64,000 bases of DNA from Trypanosoma brucei (GCA_000002445.1 CM000207.1:1120001-1184000); one strand, 5' to 3'. Counted from the first letter of the stretch, positions 47,379-58,696 are shown. Notes: generated by a model not told the origin, from the letters alone. Made by a program: numbers and translations.

Positions 47379-48164
47379 TTAAAGGCACACAAGGCTCAGT
47401 GCTGTGGAGAGTATCACTACATGCATTTTGTGTGCAGTGCTCTTCCTCACCTGTGTATTGTTTTCTTTTGACTCCTGCTCATTCATATTGCTTGTTGCCA
47501 GTTCCTCTGTATTTTCTTGCTCAGCCCCCAACACCGCCCTCCGTGCCGGCGGCTGCGCCACGCTCCCGTTATCAGGACCTGTTAATTCCTTTCGAGAAAT
47601 TGCATTTCCTTCGTTTACACGTTTTCTGCTATGTGCTTCCATGCTTTGTTGTCCCCCCACGGTGTCAACTTCCTGTTCGTGAACCGTTTTATCGACATGC
47701 TGTTCGACAGAGTCAGGTGGTGACGGTGCAGCTCCACCAGAAATTGGGGATCTTGAAAGGGGTTTTAGTACCTGACCTTCGCTCCTGCTGCCGACCGCAG
47801 CATCATTTGGTTGCACGGTCACTGTGGGAGATACTTCTTGAGAGCCAGGAGCCCGTTGACTAGTTCTCTCTGCGGCTGAACCCGACACGGCACTCTCCCC
47901 CATTTCTTGCCGCTGGGGATCAACGCTCGTCTTGCCAGGTGCAGGTGTGCCACGAGGTGACGAAACTGAAGCTGCTGGCGGGCTCACACCGCTAGGGTGG
48001 GTTGCGCCTGTATTCCAAGTCCGGCACTGCAGTTCTCCACCGAATGGGGCCCAGTAGTCGTCGCACCGAGGACCAACGGCTGAAACCTCCACCGAAACTT
48101 CCGATTCAACCAATAGCGCGACCAATATTAGCATCACAAATAGGACTGTTGTAAGCCTGAACAT
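47379..48164 (-). CDS. Small Ser/Thr/Pro-rich secreted or membrane-anchored protein (about 261 aa from MFRLTTVLF...), paralogue of 34308..35084
   Basis: The internal ATG at 48164 gives the signal peptide MFRLTTVLFVMLILVALLVESEVS, aligned with the partner's MFMFIQTLFLTLILLALLIKSEAS. The listed ORF extends to 48245, probably spuriously. Conserved Cys motif. C-terminal HKMHVVILSTALSLVCL. Confidence 0.55.
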   Translation of the reverse strand: MFRLTTVLFVMLILVALLVESEVSVEVSAVGPRCDDYWAPFGGELQCRTWNTGATHPSGVSPPAASVSSPRGTPAPGKTSVDPQRQEMGESAVSGSAAERTSQRAPGSQEVSPTVTVQPNDAAVGSRSEGQVLKPLSRSPISGGAAPSPPDSVEQHVDKTVHEQEVDTVGGQQSMEAHSRKRVNEGNAISRKELTGPDNGSVAQPPARRAVLGAEQENTEELATSNMNEQESKENNTQVRKSTAHKMHVVILSTALSLVCL

Positions 48165-48421
48165 TATTTTCTTGCAAGATTTCGCGAAACAAATTATGCA
48201 AAACACTATTAGAAAAAACGCGGCCAACACATGTGGGTACAACACATAAAAAAATTATAATCATATTTGGATTTCGAGCGAACACACACAAACCAAAACA
48301 CTACATTTCATTCCGGTTATCCTATGCCGTTAAAAAGACAATCAAACTCTGCATGTGCCTCATCCACCTTCTTCAGGACATGCCCGCATCATTTCCGTGA
48401 GGCATTACCTAAGCGCATTAA

Positions 48422-50748
48422 TGCATTCAAGCCTTTCCCCTACCCGTGGTTCTTATGATCACCCCTCAGACACCTCACATAATTCCTCATTTTCCATATT
48501 CTGATGGTCAGGGCAACAATAAACAAAATTAGTTCAGATAATATATCTTTTGACAACTTCACCCTCCCACCAACCAAATGAAAAAACATACATATATTTC
48601 TTTTAGTAATTTTTTTTGATACTTGATCTGACGTTATTGGTCCTTTTGTTAGCACTTCCATTATTATCTGTAGGCGGTTCCCCGCTTCTACAACACGTTT
48701 TGACATTACTGTAGTTTCGATAGTTTGCTATATATATAGCTATCATTTTGCTTTCCTTATCCAAACGCTCATATCATGTTTCCAAAATTAGGTCTCGCCC
48801 ATTCGGTCTCATACTTCAATTGACTCAAGTATAATCGTAATAATGTTCAGGGTTTGTGTGCACGTAGCGCGGTTCGTTTGGCATCTTTGCTTTTCCGGAT
48901 TTCACAGCAACAACTTCAAAGCCTCTATTTATTTCAACTTGAAATGGTCACGAATTTTATTCACTATTTATTTTCGTTTCTCTTCCCTTTGCTTTTCCTG
49001 TCCTCAACTTTCATTGCTCTCCATAGGTGCGAGTGGTTCATTTCCATAGCATCGAAGTTATCCACCTCAGTTAAATTCTAAAGTAGAAAAACACATTGCC
49101 TCTCCGTTCCTTCCATCTCGTTTTCTGGTCTTATGCGCTAGCGTTTTTTTTATTTTCTTCATTGACGTTGAAAATTAAAAATATATGTATTAATGATGGA
49201 ATGGCTTATAAAGCAACAAAAATAAGAATATCCATGGAGACCGCGAATTTATTTCGGCGAAACTCCTTTGTTCTTCTGGTGGTCTTGTCGTAGTTCCAGT
49301 GGTTTCTGTAGCTGTGGCGCTTGTAGTTGTTTGTGTATTTGTATTTCCATTTTTTTGTGGTTCGCCTGATCCCTTGGTTGGTGAGTTTTCCCTTGGGCTT
49401 CGCTTCGTCCGTGTATTTGTGTTAGTGTCTGTCTCTGTGCTTGTGGTTGTAGTAGCCGCTGTGTCGGCGTCTGTGATTGCATTTTTGCTCATTTCTTCGA
49501 CCCTCTCCACCAGGTCCTCGAGCTCACTGAGCCATTTGATGCCACTTGTACTGTCTTGATTGGGTCTCTTCGGATACATCACACAAATGCCATTGGTTTG
49601 TGTTTCCTGTCCATCGCAGACATTTGGCTCGCTAACTTCGTTCCCTCCGTAGGTGTAGTACCTGCGCCCACTTGAGCCTTTGCGTTTTTTTATGCCCGTC
49701 TCGAGGCGTTTTCTCTTATCTTGAAACTCAGTCCTCGTTGGTGGAACACCAATACGTCCACTTTCGCACTTATTTTGTAGTTCGCTCCATGTATTTTTGT
49801 GGTTGCTTGAGCTTCTCCATGTTTGAGAAATATATCGTTCCTTGTTTCCAGTGTAACAGAGGTCTCCGGGTGGTGACGTTCCGTCTCTTCCTTCGCACAA
49901 ACAAATAAGATCTTTTACAAGTGCCTCTCCTGCTAAGGAAACTCGTCCACCACTGTCCTGTCCGCAGTCCATTTCTCTGTATCGTTTCCATCCGATTTCA
50001 TTCACATTTTCAGCATTTGCCCCAAACAATATATCATTAACCTTTTTCTGTAGAGAAGCCACATTTACTGCCGACTTTCCTTTCAACTGTAGTGACGAGT
50101 TTATTCGTTGTGTTAAACTAACAAATCCACATAACGTTTTGAACTCCTCTTCATTAACGATGGTTCCTCCTGCAGTAGTTGCAAGAGCCAAAGACACACC
50201 CACAATTAATCCCAGTGACTCCTTCCACATTTTCATTAACATTCCTTCAATTACCTTCCTTAAAGGAGAACACAAACAACGAAAAAAAACCATATGCCTC
50301 CATCTTCATTCCCAAATAAATCGTACACGTAACCCAATCAATAACACTTTTACCTGGAAAACCTCCTTTTATTTTCGGTGCACTGAATTGAATTGAAGGG
50401 AACTGCATCTCTTGCGGAGCATGTGTCCCGTTTCCTTTTTTAAGCATCATAAAGGATGGGAGATACGCAATTAACACGTTAATGCACATACACCAAACAT
50501 AATCCTCTTTCCATTACCTCTGCTAATACCCTTCAAGCAAAGGCAAGAAAAAACTTGCTATTCTAACACAATAATTAACTATATCTGTCTTGATAGCACC
50601 TTACACGTGAATACTAGAAGCTGAATAATCATGCATTATTATCCTCACTCTCCGGAGAGCAGTAAAAAGGGCCATCAAAAGAACTCAAAGGTAGAAACCC
50701 GAATAGTCAAGCGTTAGAATTTTCGATTCCTCCTCAAAAGTTGTGCTA
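48422..50748. repeat. Segmental duplication module B, copy 2
   Basis: See copy 1 at 35345-37676. Confidence 0.9.
49190..50293 (-). CDS. VSG-like surface glycoprotein with Thr-rich stalk (paralogue of 36114..37217, 1 aa difference)
   Basis: Identical ORF apart from R versus S (NQDSTRGIKW / NQDSTSGIKW). Confidence 0.7.
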   Translation of the reverse strand: MVFFRCLCSPLRKVIEGMLMKMWKESLGLIVGVSLALATTAGGTIVNEEEFKTLCGFVSLTQRINSSLQLKGKSAVNVASLQKKVNDILFGANAENVNEIGWKRYREMDCGQDSGGRVSLAGEALVKDLICLCEGRDGTSPPGDLCYTGNKERYISQTWRSSSNHKNTWSELQNKCESGRIGVPPTRTEFQDKRKRLETGIKKRKGSSGRRYYTYGGNEVSEPNVCDGQETQTNGICVMYPKRPNQDSTSGIKWLSELEDLVERVEEMSKNAITDADTAATTTTSTETDTNTNTRTKRSPRENSPTKGSGEPQKNGNTNTQTTTSATATETTGTTTRPPEEQRSFAEINSRSPWIFLFLLLYKPFHH

Positions 50749-50749
50749 A

Positions 50750-53150
50750 CAGTATTTGGGTTTGAAATGTTCATATCGTAGCCTTTAGGATGCGGCCCAT
50801 ACCGCGGTGGTTACAACATTCAAAAGTCCTGCGAGACTTAACGAGTTGGCACAAAAAAAGTCAACCGAACCATACGCATCGCCACTGGAAGCGGAGGCAA
50901 TAGGCGGAGCGTACACGCAGCTCAAAAAGCATGAAATTTCTTAACCTCATATGGTCGTCGCGGACGTTTCTCGTGCTAACAGCACAGAGCACTCCAGGGA
51001 AACCAGAGGCCACAAGACACGTTTGCAGTATATAATCAAAGCGATAATAGCAAACGTGCTTGGGCACTCAGATCTTGCTAAGGCATACACAGGACACTTA
51101 CTGGTACTCCGTACCGAGCGGCAACCACCAAAGCGCGCCGAAAACGTCTCACCAGAAACAGGAAGCCCGGAATACGTAGAGTAACAATAACATCAACAAG
51201 CACTTCAATACCGCCTAGCCAATTAAAGTTTCATCAAAGTATTTGGCGAATACGGAATAATAGCGGCCAACGCCCATATTATATCGTGCATCACACATGG
51301 GTAGTTTATATCAGAGCACTGCCCAGGATGGAATAGGCCTTTCAACAGTAATTTCCATACCCACCAAAACCAGAATTTGAGCCACCGTCCCGGAGGGTTA
51401 GTGAGGTAGGAGGGTGGTCTAACGTTGGGCAACCGCGCGATACACCATTATTGGATCTCATTCGACCCGCCGTCACGCATACCGCATGACACAACGCACA
51501 CGACGAGGGTGGGATGGACGTAAGTGAAGAGGATAGCTGAAAAATATGGGTCTTATTCCAAAAAACGAAGTTCACCATGAGCTGGAGATGGGAAGCAAGA
51601 GAGAGGCTACCGCGTGTATGGTAAGCTCAATCCGCCGTAGCGAGTGAATGAATCAACGTACGGAGAAGCGGACCCATTGGAACCAGGTACGCACCCTTTT
51701 AGCTGAAGAAATCCAACACTACCAGTTTCCCGCTTTGGATACCAACACCAAATTTAACGAGCCCAAGAGATTGCGTCTCTCATAATTACGCGAGAGCTTA
51801 CAACAAACCCTTCCTTCAGAGTCACCGCCGACGAATTAGCAGCACTACGCACCTTCAACGGAATCGAATTCCGCATGACGAGATATAACCCCATGGTGGG
51901 TATTGAGCTGATTCTGATGGCGCTTAGAAGCGGCTTCCAAAAACACCTGCAACGTGTGAAAGAGAAAAGAAGGACGCTTCCACCATTGCCTATCTGCAGC
52001 TGATGCATCCCATTCTCAGATTTGGGTTGCCTCTGATCTTCTCAAAAATCACGACCATGGGAGCTGCCGCAACTTTATCATCGAAGGCTGGTCGAATTGC
52101 TTTGAATTCGCAACGATCCTATTGGTGCGGGCAGCAACAGGAAGAAGGGTCAATTTAAGAAATTTGGAGAGTCCCTAATACCTTTCGATAAAACTAAGGC
52201 AAACATAAGTGCCTACATACGCTAGTTCACGGTACGACCATGAACAAGAGGAACATCTCGGCAAAGGAATCGCCGAGTGGGGCCGATACAAATTAAATAC
52301 ATGAGACAATTCCGCAAACGCCGAAGGCAACGATCACGAGCGCCGAGATGCCAAAACTTGAATCTTACGCGAGGTCGCAGCAGAACGGTCTTTCCTCAAA
52401 GGGGAGGAAGCGACAGCACCAATAGAGCGGCACTCGCGTGTCTAAATAATGAGGGCCCAGCGCCAGCCAAGTGGTCGCTTAAGAAATATCCTGCTCATTG
52501 TACCAAGTGTGGAAAAGAGGCACGAATTTTGCTAGTCGTTGGTGTGATAAAATGGACCGGGAGTTCTTGTCGCCTCTCGAGTGCGTACAAAAAAAAAAAA
52601 ATTGCCCACCGAAACGGAGTCGTGGACATAATGAAATCCGAAATGTTGTCGGAAAGGGGGCCGTAAGGCATTGATATTCCGAGAAATCAACACAGTCGGC
52701 GGATCCATCAACTTCGTTTAGCCCACTTTTGATAAAGTTCAGCAATGGAACCAATAAAACGATTGGGAAACTGTCCAAAGCGCCAACATCATAAATGCAG
52801 ATGGTAGCCAACAGGAGTGTTTTTCTACCACTATGCGATGACACCCTTCTTTGCGCGTTGCAGAAATAAATGGGAAGCCGGTGTGTCGATTGCGTTGAGG
52901 AATCGTCGACGGCTTTCCGAAGTTTATATCCATCTCGCCACTGAGGAGTTGAGGGATCCGTTGGAAGCCGGTTCGAAGTTATTTTGTTGCGGTTCAACGA
53001 TGACGCGGAGCTCAGCGACGTTGGGAGATTTAAAAAAAAAAAACGTGCGCCCACCATTTCCACATTGCTGCAGTCTTCTTATTCTCCTATTATATTTGTT
53101 ACAGCTACATTTACCAGCGCAATGAAGTAATACTTTTTGATATTATCGCC
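50750..53150. other. Complex, GC-normal, apparently non-coding block; candidate degenerate retroelement (ingi/RIME/DIRE-like) or other unannotated element
   Basis: There is no convincing ORF. Only 129-aa and 194-aa ORFs without motifs are present. Its composition differs sharply from the AT-rich low-complexity DNA that begins at 53.2 kb. Internal A-runs occur at 52585-52600 and 53030-53043. There is no similarity to the VSG modules. The family cannot be assigned by eye. Confidence 0.2.
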
Positions 53151-53199
53151 CCCGACACTTCAGTAAACACAAACAAATAATCACCAAAACATCAACTCC

Positions 53200-53784
53200 C
53201 CAAACTTCTCTTTTTTTTTTTGGCCAACACCGCATAATAGCGGTCAGGGAATCATGTCGAACTCTTCGGAATATCCAACGTTGCAACATCACGGCAAACA
53301 CTTCCGCACACAACAGCTCCGCCGTAACTGTCAGCCCGCCCGTGTGCATTTGACTCCTTTCATGCAAGGCGATATATGGAAGTAACGTTGTGTTCCCGCC
53401 ACCAGGAGTTTTTTTTTCTTCTTTTTCTCATATAAAAAATAAAAATCTGGTCTTAACTCCTTCCGCAGGTTACTTCACCTCACTGTGTTCATTGGATTTT
53501 ATTTTATCTTATTTATTTTTTTTGCCTTTACCTTTTCCCATGTCCACATTCCCACTTTACCGCCAGATGAGACAACATTAGCTTCATTTAACCTCCGCAT
53601 GATTAACAAATAACACACACACACACAAAAAAAAAAAGAAAAGATAACCCGATAAAACCGATGTCGTACACCAATAATTTAATAAATGCAAAGAGGAATT
53701 TAAAGTAAACTGGGACAAATCGCCATCAGATTATTGCATTATTTCCCACCTTCCAACTCGAACCCGCTGTTCTGAACTAAGTTT

Positions 53785-53816
<32 letters not shown>

Positions 53817-56800
53817 TCGCAATGAATGATTTGTAAAAACGCACCATTTCTATAAATTGAGCCCCTTCCCGTACGTGTTTTTCTCCTTTTTTTTTGCAAA
53901 ATATTTACCATCATTAAAAAGGAGATGAGAACAGTACAAAATAGAAAGTTTTTTTAAAAAAAATGAGCATAAACGAACATAATTCCCACTTAAATTATTA
54001 TACATAATTCCACCCCTTTCCCTAAAATGGAATGATTAATATTTATATTTACCTCCGCTTCGTGTATAAATTAAGAACTTATTTCAATTATTTTTTTTTT
54101 CAGCGGCATTTTTTTTTTTTTAGTTACCGAATAAAACATGCGCTTCGTGACACGTTGTTTTGTTACCTTCATTCAACTTATTAGTGATTTTCGAGATGTC
54201 CTTTATTTATTTCTGCCATATAATTTGAAGGTTTCTTTACAAAATTAAATATACACATGCAAATCACAATTCCACTGATAAGACAACAGTTGTAATGTAA
54301 AATTAATGACTCCTAATGATGCCCCCTTTTCTTTTCTTTTTTTTTCCAAATACATATTTTAATAAATAAATTAATTAATTTACTTATTTATATGTTTTAC
54401 ATACGCATATGTATTCATATTCATTTGTGGCTTGTCATAAAAAACCCGCTCCTCTCTTCTAATAAACTATATAAAATATAAAATTAACTTGACTTAAATA
54501 AACTTAATCTAAACTATTCCTTGACTCATCACACATCTCATTACCCTTTTTTAAAAAAAAATATAAATAAATAAATAAATATATATATATTGATTCCTGT
54601 GTGCGTGTGTGTGTGTGCGTGTGTAATGGAAAAAAAATTAAATAAGAAAAGAAACGAAAAGGAAAAAGGAAAAAAAGGGAAAAGGAAAATTGATTTAAAA
54701 TACCGAATGAAATAATAGCAATAATAATAATAATAATAATTTTTTTAAAAAAAAGGTGATCAGTTGGGGGTGAAGGGACAGTTACAAAAAAATACTAAAA
54801 AAAAACATTTTTTTATATGAAATTATAATGACACCCTCCCATAAGTTTTCCTTATTCTTTTTTTTCCCCCCCTTTTATGCGCTCACACGATAATACACAA
54901 CGTAACGTCAGTACTTAAATGTTGGCATCCGTTTGAAAGCACAAAATAAGAGGTTTAAAAGAAAATTATTATTTTTTTTTTTTAAAAAAAGAAAAGAATG
55001 AAAAAATAATTAAAAAAATAATAAAAGGAAAGGAAAGTAGGGAAGGAAAAAAAAAAAGAAGAAAGGGATGGAAAGATGGGTGTTGAAGTGACGCTAAAGA
55101 AAAGAAAAGAAAAGAAAATAAATAAATAAATAATAGAAATAACTGAAAGAAAAAAAAAGTGGATGCGTGAGAGAGAGTGCGCGTGCGTGTGTACGTTGGG
55201 TTCCTCACGACTAAAATTAGGAGAAGGGAAACAAATAAATAAATAAATATAAATGTTTCGTTCATATTTAAATTTACCATGTTCGTTACGCCTTCCTATT
55301 TCAGTTCATTTATCTATTCATTCATTTCTTTATATATTTTCATTTACAATAATAATAATAATAAATGAATGTTTTTTTTTATTTTATTTTATTATCTTTA
55401 TTTTTATTATTTTCTGTTTTGTCACGTTCTTTTATTTTTTTTCTTTCTTTCTTTCCTTCTTTCCTTTTTGTTTTTGTTTTGTTAAACAAAAATTTAACAC
55501 TCCTGCACCGTTCCTTCATTCCGATTCCGTCCCGTTCACACACTTTTTCCGTTTACTTTTTGATATTATTTTTTCTTATTATTTTTTTTTGTAATTTATT
55601 TTCCTCATTTATCCAACGGGATCATTTCCCGCCCCTTTCGTTTCATTTTTAGCATTAAAAAAAAAAAAATAAAAATACAAAAAAAAAAATAAATCGAACC
55701 GAAGAGATGAGGCAACAAAATCACAAAAAGAACAAACAAACAAACAAACAAAAAGGCAAGGAAATAAAAATAAAAGTAAGGAAGACAAGAGGGATGATTA
55801 TTATTTAAATAAAATAATTTTTTTCATTAAAAAAAAAAAGGTATTGTTCCACACAGCTTTTGGAAAGTTTTTACGCGGAAATAATACGTAAAAACGTGGA
55901 AACACGAAAAAAAAAACAAGAAAAATAACATAACATAAAATAATATATAAAATAATAAATCAGTGCACAGGCTTACGTCATGCAACTGAAGAAAGAGAAA
56001 CAAAGAGGAAAACATAAATAAACAAAAAAATATTACATTTTTAATGTTTGAAAAAAAAAATGTAAATGTAAATGTAAAATTAACAGATTTGCCGCACTTC
56101 GTGATGTTTACACACATAAATAAAAGCGGATGGGACGGATTGTGCATATGTTGGATCACCACGTGTGTTACGTTGAAGTTAGTTCATTAATTAAAATTAT
56201 TAATCATTTAAAAGGAGAAAGAGAATTAATTTTTTTAAAATAAAAATAAATAAAAATAAATAAAAATAAAATAAAATAAACAAAACAAACAAACAAACAG
56301 GAGGGATTGTACCGTTACTTGTTGATAACCATAGTAACAATAATATTAATAATAATATTAATAATTGTTTAACCATAGTTACTAATAATTGTTAATAAAA
56401 GCAGGGCTGGCGGTAACGAGTAAATGAATGAATGGAGATTGCAAAAAATTTGAGAGGTGCGCACATTTGTGGGCGCGGGGGGGAGGGGGGGGGGAAAAAA
56501 ATAAATAAAAATACGTCCACACGAGTACACGCAAGTGACTTTTTCTCTTTCCCTCTTTTGTTTTTTTTATTTATTATTCATTCTTTGTCTTCTTCCCCCA
56601 CTCTCTCTATCTCTCTCTCTCTCTGCACACACACACACACAAAAAAAAAAAGAAACAAAAACGTAAAGAAAAAAACAAAAAGTGACCCGTCCCCTCATCG
56701 TTAATTTTACTCCACCGTTTTCTTCCTTCCGCTCCTCAAATACTCGCGTTACACCGATTAAATTTTTTTTTCCTACCCTTTTTCTTTTTTAAAAAAAAAA

Positions 56801-57050
56801 ACTCTCTTCCAGTTTCTTTCTCCTTCTTTCATTCTTTCTTCTTGTCGTTTCCCTTTGTTAGCCGCTACCCTATACAACTTCTTAATCCGTCTTCCTTTTT
56901 TTCTATTTTTTCTTTTTAAAAAAAAAAAATAAGAAAAACCTTTTAACCAATTCAATAAACGTTTTGCTCTCATTTATTTTTTATTTTATGCCTTTTTTTT
57001 TCTTTTTCATTCATTCATTCATTCTTTCATTTATTCATTTATTACCTCCT
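53200..57050. repeat. Extremely AT-rich low-complexity / microsatellite-rich region
   Basis: Long A and T homopolymers. (ATA)n at 53786-53816. (AAAT)n and (ATAA)n runs. (CAAA)n at 55731-55750. (AAATAA)n at 56235-56275. (TC)n / (CA)n at 56598-56640. Strand-asymmetric blocks: T-rich top strand at 55.25-55.65 kb and A-rich top strand at 55.65-56.5 kb. Confidence 0.9.
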
Positions 57051-57061
57051 CTTAGGGACAG

Positions 57062-58450
57062 TTATGATTCTGGAAGAGCCGTCATAACCGCCAAAGCCAA
57101 CATGGAGCCGGCAAAGAGGCCGAGTAAAAGGGCCAAATTCCCACAAATGGCGGCAAGGGAGCGTTGACCCGCAGTTGTTAAAGAGCCGGTACGTGGCGCA
57201 TAAATCATAGACATACCACCAAAATAACCATTTGTGAGACCCCAAAGAAGACAAAGAATATAAGGGAGTGCGGAACCGGGAATGATGCCGCGCACGCACA
57301 ACACAAGCAGTGGAATGATCAACAAACGAGCGAACGTTCCGATAAGGACCACGATGGGCGATGGGCGCAGCTGCTTGAACTGAAGTACGAGGCGGGAGAG
57401 AAAGTCACCGAAGTTAAACATAGCGGCGGTGAGAGTTATGTACCATCCATCTTTCACTTCAACGGCGAAAAATACACCGGGGAAGACGAGGAGGGTAGCA
57501 AAAAATACGAAGAAACACGAGACCAACATGGGCCAAATGCGCTTCACCACAAACCACAAATTAGCATCGAGCATTTGTTGTGCGTTGGTGGTGCCATCAA
57601 CCTGATCGGTATCCTTCATCTTGTCCGGATCTTCGCTGACGTTCAGGACATTCATCTTGGAAGTTGACTTCTCCACCCGTTCGCCCTCCTCTCCGGCATT
57701 AGCTTCTTGGTCTGTAATGGTCTCTTGAACAGGTTCGTTACTTTCCACTGCGCTCTCTTTCGCTGCAGCATGCCTAAACTCAGCGGCGTATTTTATCGCA
57801 TAAGGATTCTTCGTTAGCAGAGCCAAAAGAACACAGGCGATCACCTGAATAAATATGACAATACCAAAGTATATCCTCGACTGAGTTAACATGCTCTCGA
57901 AGCTATCATCCATCGAAGCTTTAATAATGATAGACATGAGGGAAGTAATGAGCCCGGAAACACCAAGACCCCACACAATAGCCCCATAAAACCTCGTTGG
58001 AAACGGTCCTACCAGTGCCGCATTACTCGAGTCGCAAAGTGTTTTGGAAACACCACCAACCAAAGCAATAATTATAATAGTTGCTTTGGCGCCTGCTTCA
58101 CTGGTATGGCACACGGTGATAAGTATAAGCGCAATAAGTTCTACAAGAGGAATAGTGAGGCCAAAGATAAGCCGGATCCGGATGGGGATTCGCCTTCCAA
58201 CATTCGTCAGCATAAAAGTTTCCAGAAGCACCTGAGCACTAAACACTGCGGCGTTGTAGTACGTGAGTATGTTGTTCCAGAAATTCTCATTCTCTGTTTG
58301 AGCGTCCGAGCTGCCTTGTGCATACTTGTAGTATTCCGTAAAGAAGGCTGGTATGGAGTAAATGGCATTTGTCACCATCATCACCGACATCCCAAAAAAG
58401 ATGAAGGTGACATAGACGACGAACTCAGAAAACGACTCAAACCCGAGCAT
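57062..58450 (-). CDS. Equilibrative nucleoside transporter (ENT/SLC29) family protein, trypanosome nucleoside/nucleobase transporter (AT/NT-type)
   Basis: 462 aa. ATG verified. About 11 predicted TM helices. The large hydrophilic acidic loop between TM6 and TM7 (ESAVESNEPVQETITDQEANAGEEGERVEK...DPDKMKDTDQVDG) is typical of ENTs. The N-terminus MLGFESFSEFVVYVTFIFFGMSVMMVTNAIYS and motifs such as GAIVWGLGVSGL resemble kinetoplastid NT/AT1 transporters as I remember them. The exact orthologue cannot be assigned without a search. Confidence 0.85.
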   Translation of the reverse strand: MLGFESFSEFVVYVTFIFFGMSVMMVTNAIYSIPAFFTEYYKYAQGSSDAQTENENFWNNILTYYNAAVFSAQVLLETFMLTNVGRRIPIRIRLIFGLTIPLVELIALILITVCHTSEAGAKATIIIIALVGGVSKTLCDSSNAALVGPFPTRFYGAIVWGLGVSGLITSLMSIIIKASMDDSFESMLTQSRIYFGIVIFIQVIACVLLALLTKNPYAIKYAAEFRHAAAKESAVESNEPVQETITDQEANAGEEGERVEKSTSKMNVLNVSEDPDKMKDTDQVDGTTNAQQMLDANLWFVVKRIWPMLVSCFFVFFATLLVFPGVFFAVEVKDGWYITLTAAMFNFGDFLSRLVLQFKQLRPSPIVVLIGTFARLLIIPLLVLCVRGIIPGSALPYILCLLWGLTNGYFGGMSMIYAPRTGSLTTAGQRSLAAICGNLALLLGLFAGSMLALAVMTALPES

Positions 58451-58695
58451 GATTCTTGCTTAAATGACTCAGCTAGATGGTGAAGCGCACCCCTACAAAT
58501 AGCATAAGACAACATAAACATAAAAGCAAAACAAATAATTAAAAAAAAAAGTGGAAACATAACAACGTCAATAGGCAACAAGAGTGTGAGATTAGTACAA
58601 TATCCATTATGCACATGATTCCGTAAGGAAATGATATGACAAGCAAAACACACCAAAAACTCAAGCACACACAAACACACAGGCAGACACATGCA

Positions 58696-58696
<1 letters not shown>

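Noticed and set aside
15792-50748. Possibility that the regularly spaced repeats are a CRISPR array or a prokaryotic defence island
   Set aside because: The sequence is clearly eukaryotic kinetoplastid. The repeats are multi-kilobase gene-bearing segmental duplications, not 25-40 bp direct repeats with unique spacers.
52277-53063. 129-aa (plus) and 194-aa (minus) ORFs in the 50.75-53.15 kb block
   Set aside because: They overlap each other, have no motifs, and show a composition not clearly coding. They are kept only as part of the unexplained block rather than as CDS calls.
54969-56162. ORFs 54969..55280, 55253..55594, 55365..55652 and 55827..56162 in the AT-rich region
   Set aside because: They translate to poly-F/L/K/N low-complexity peptides. 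They are artefacts of homopolymer and microsatellite sequence.
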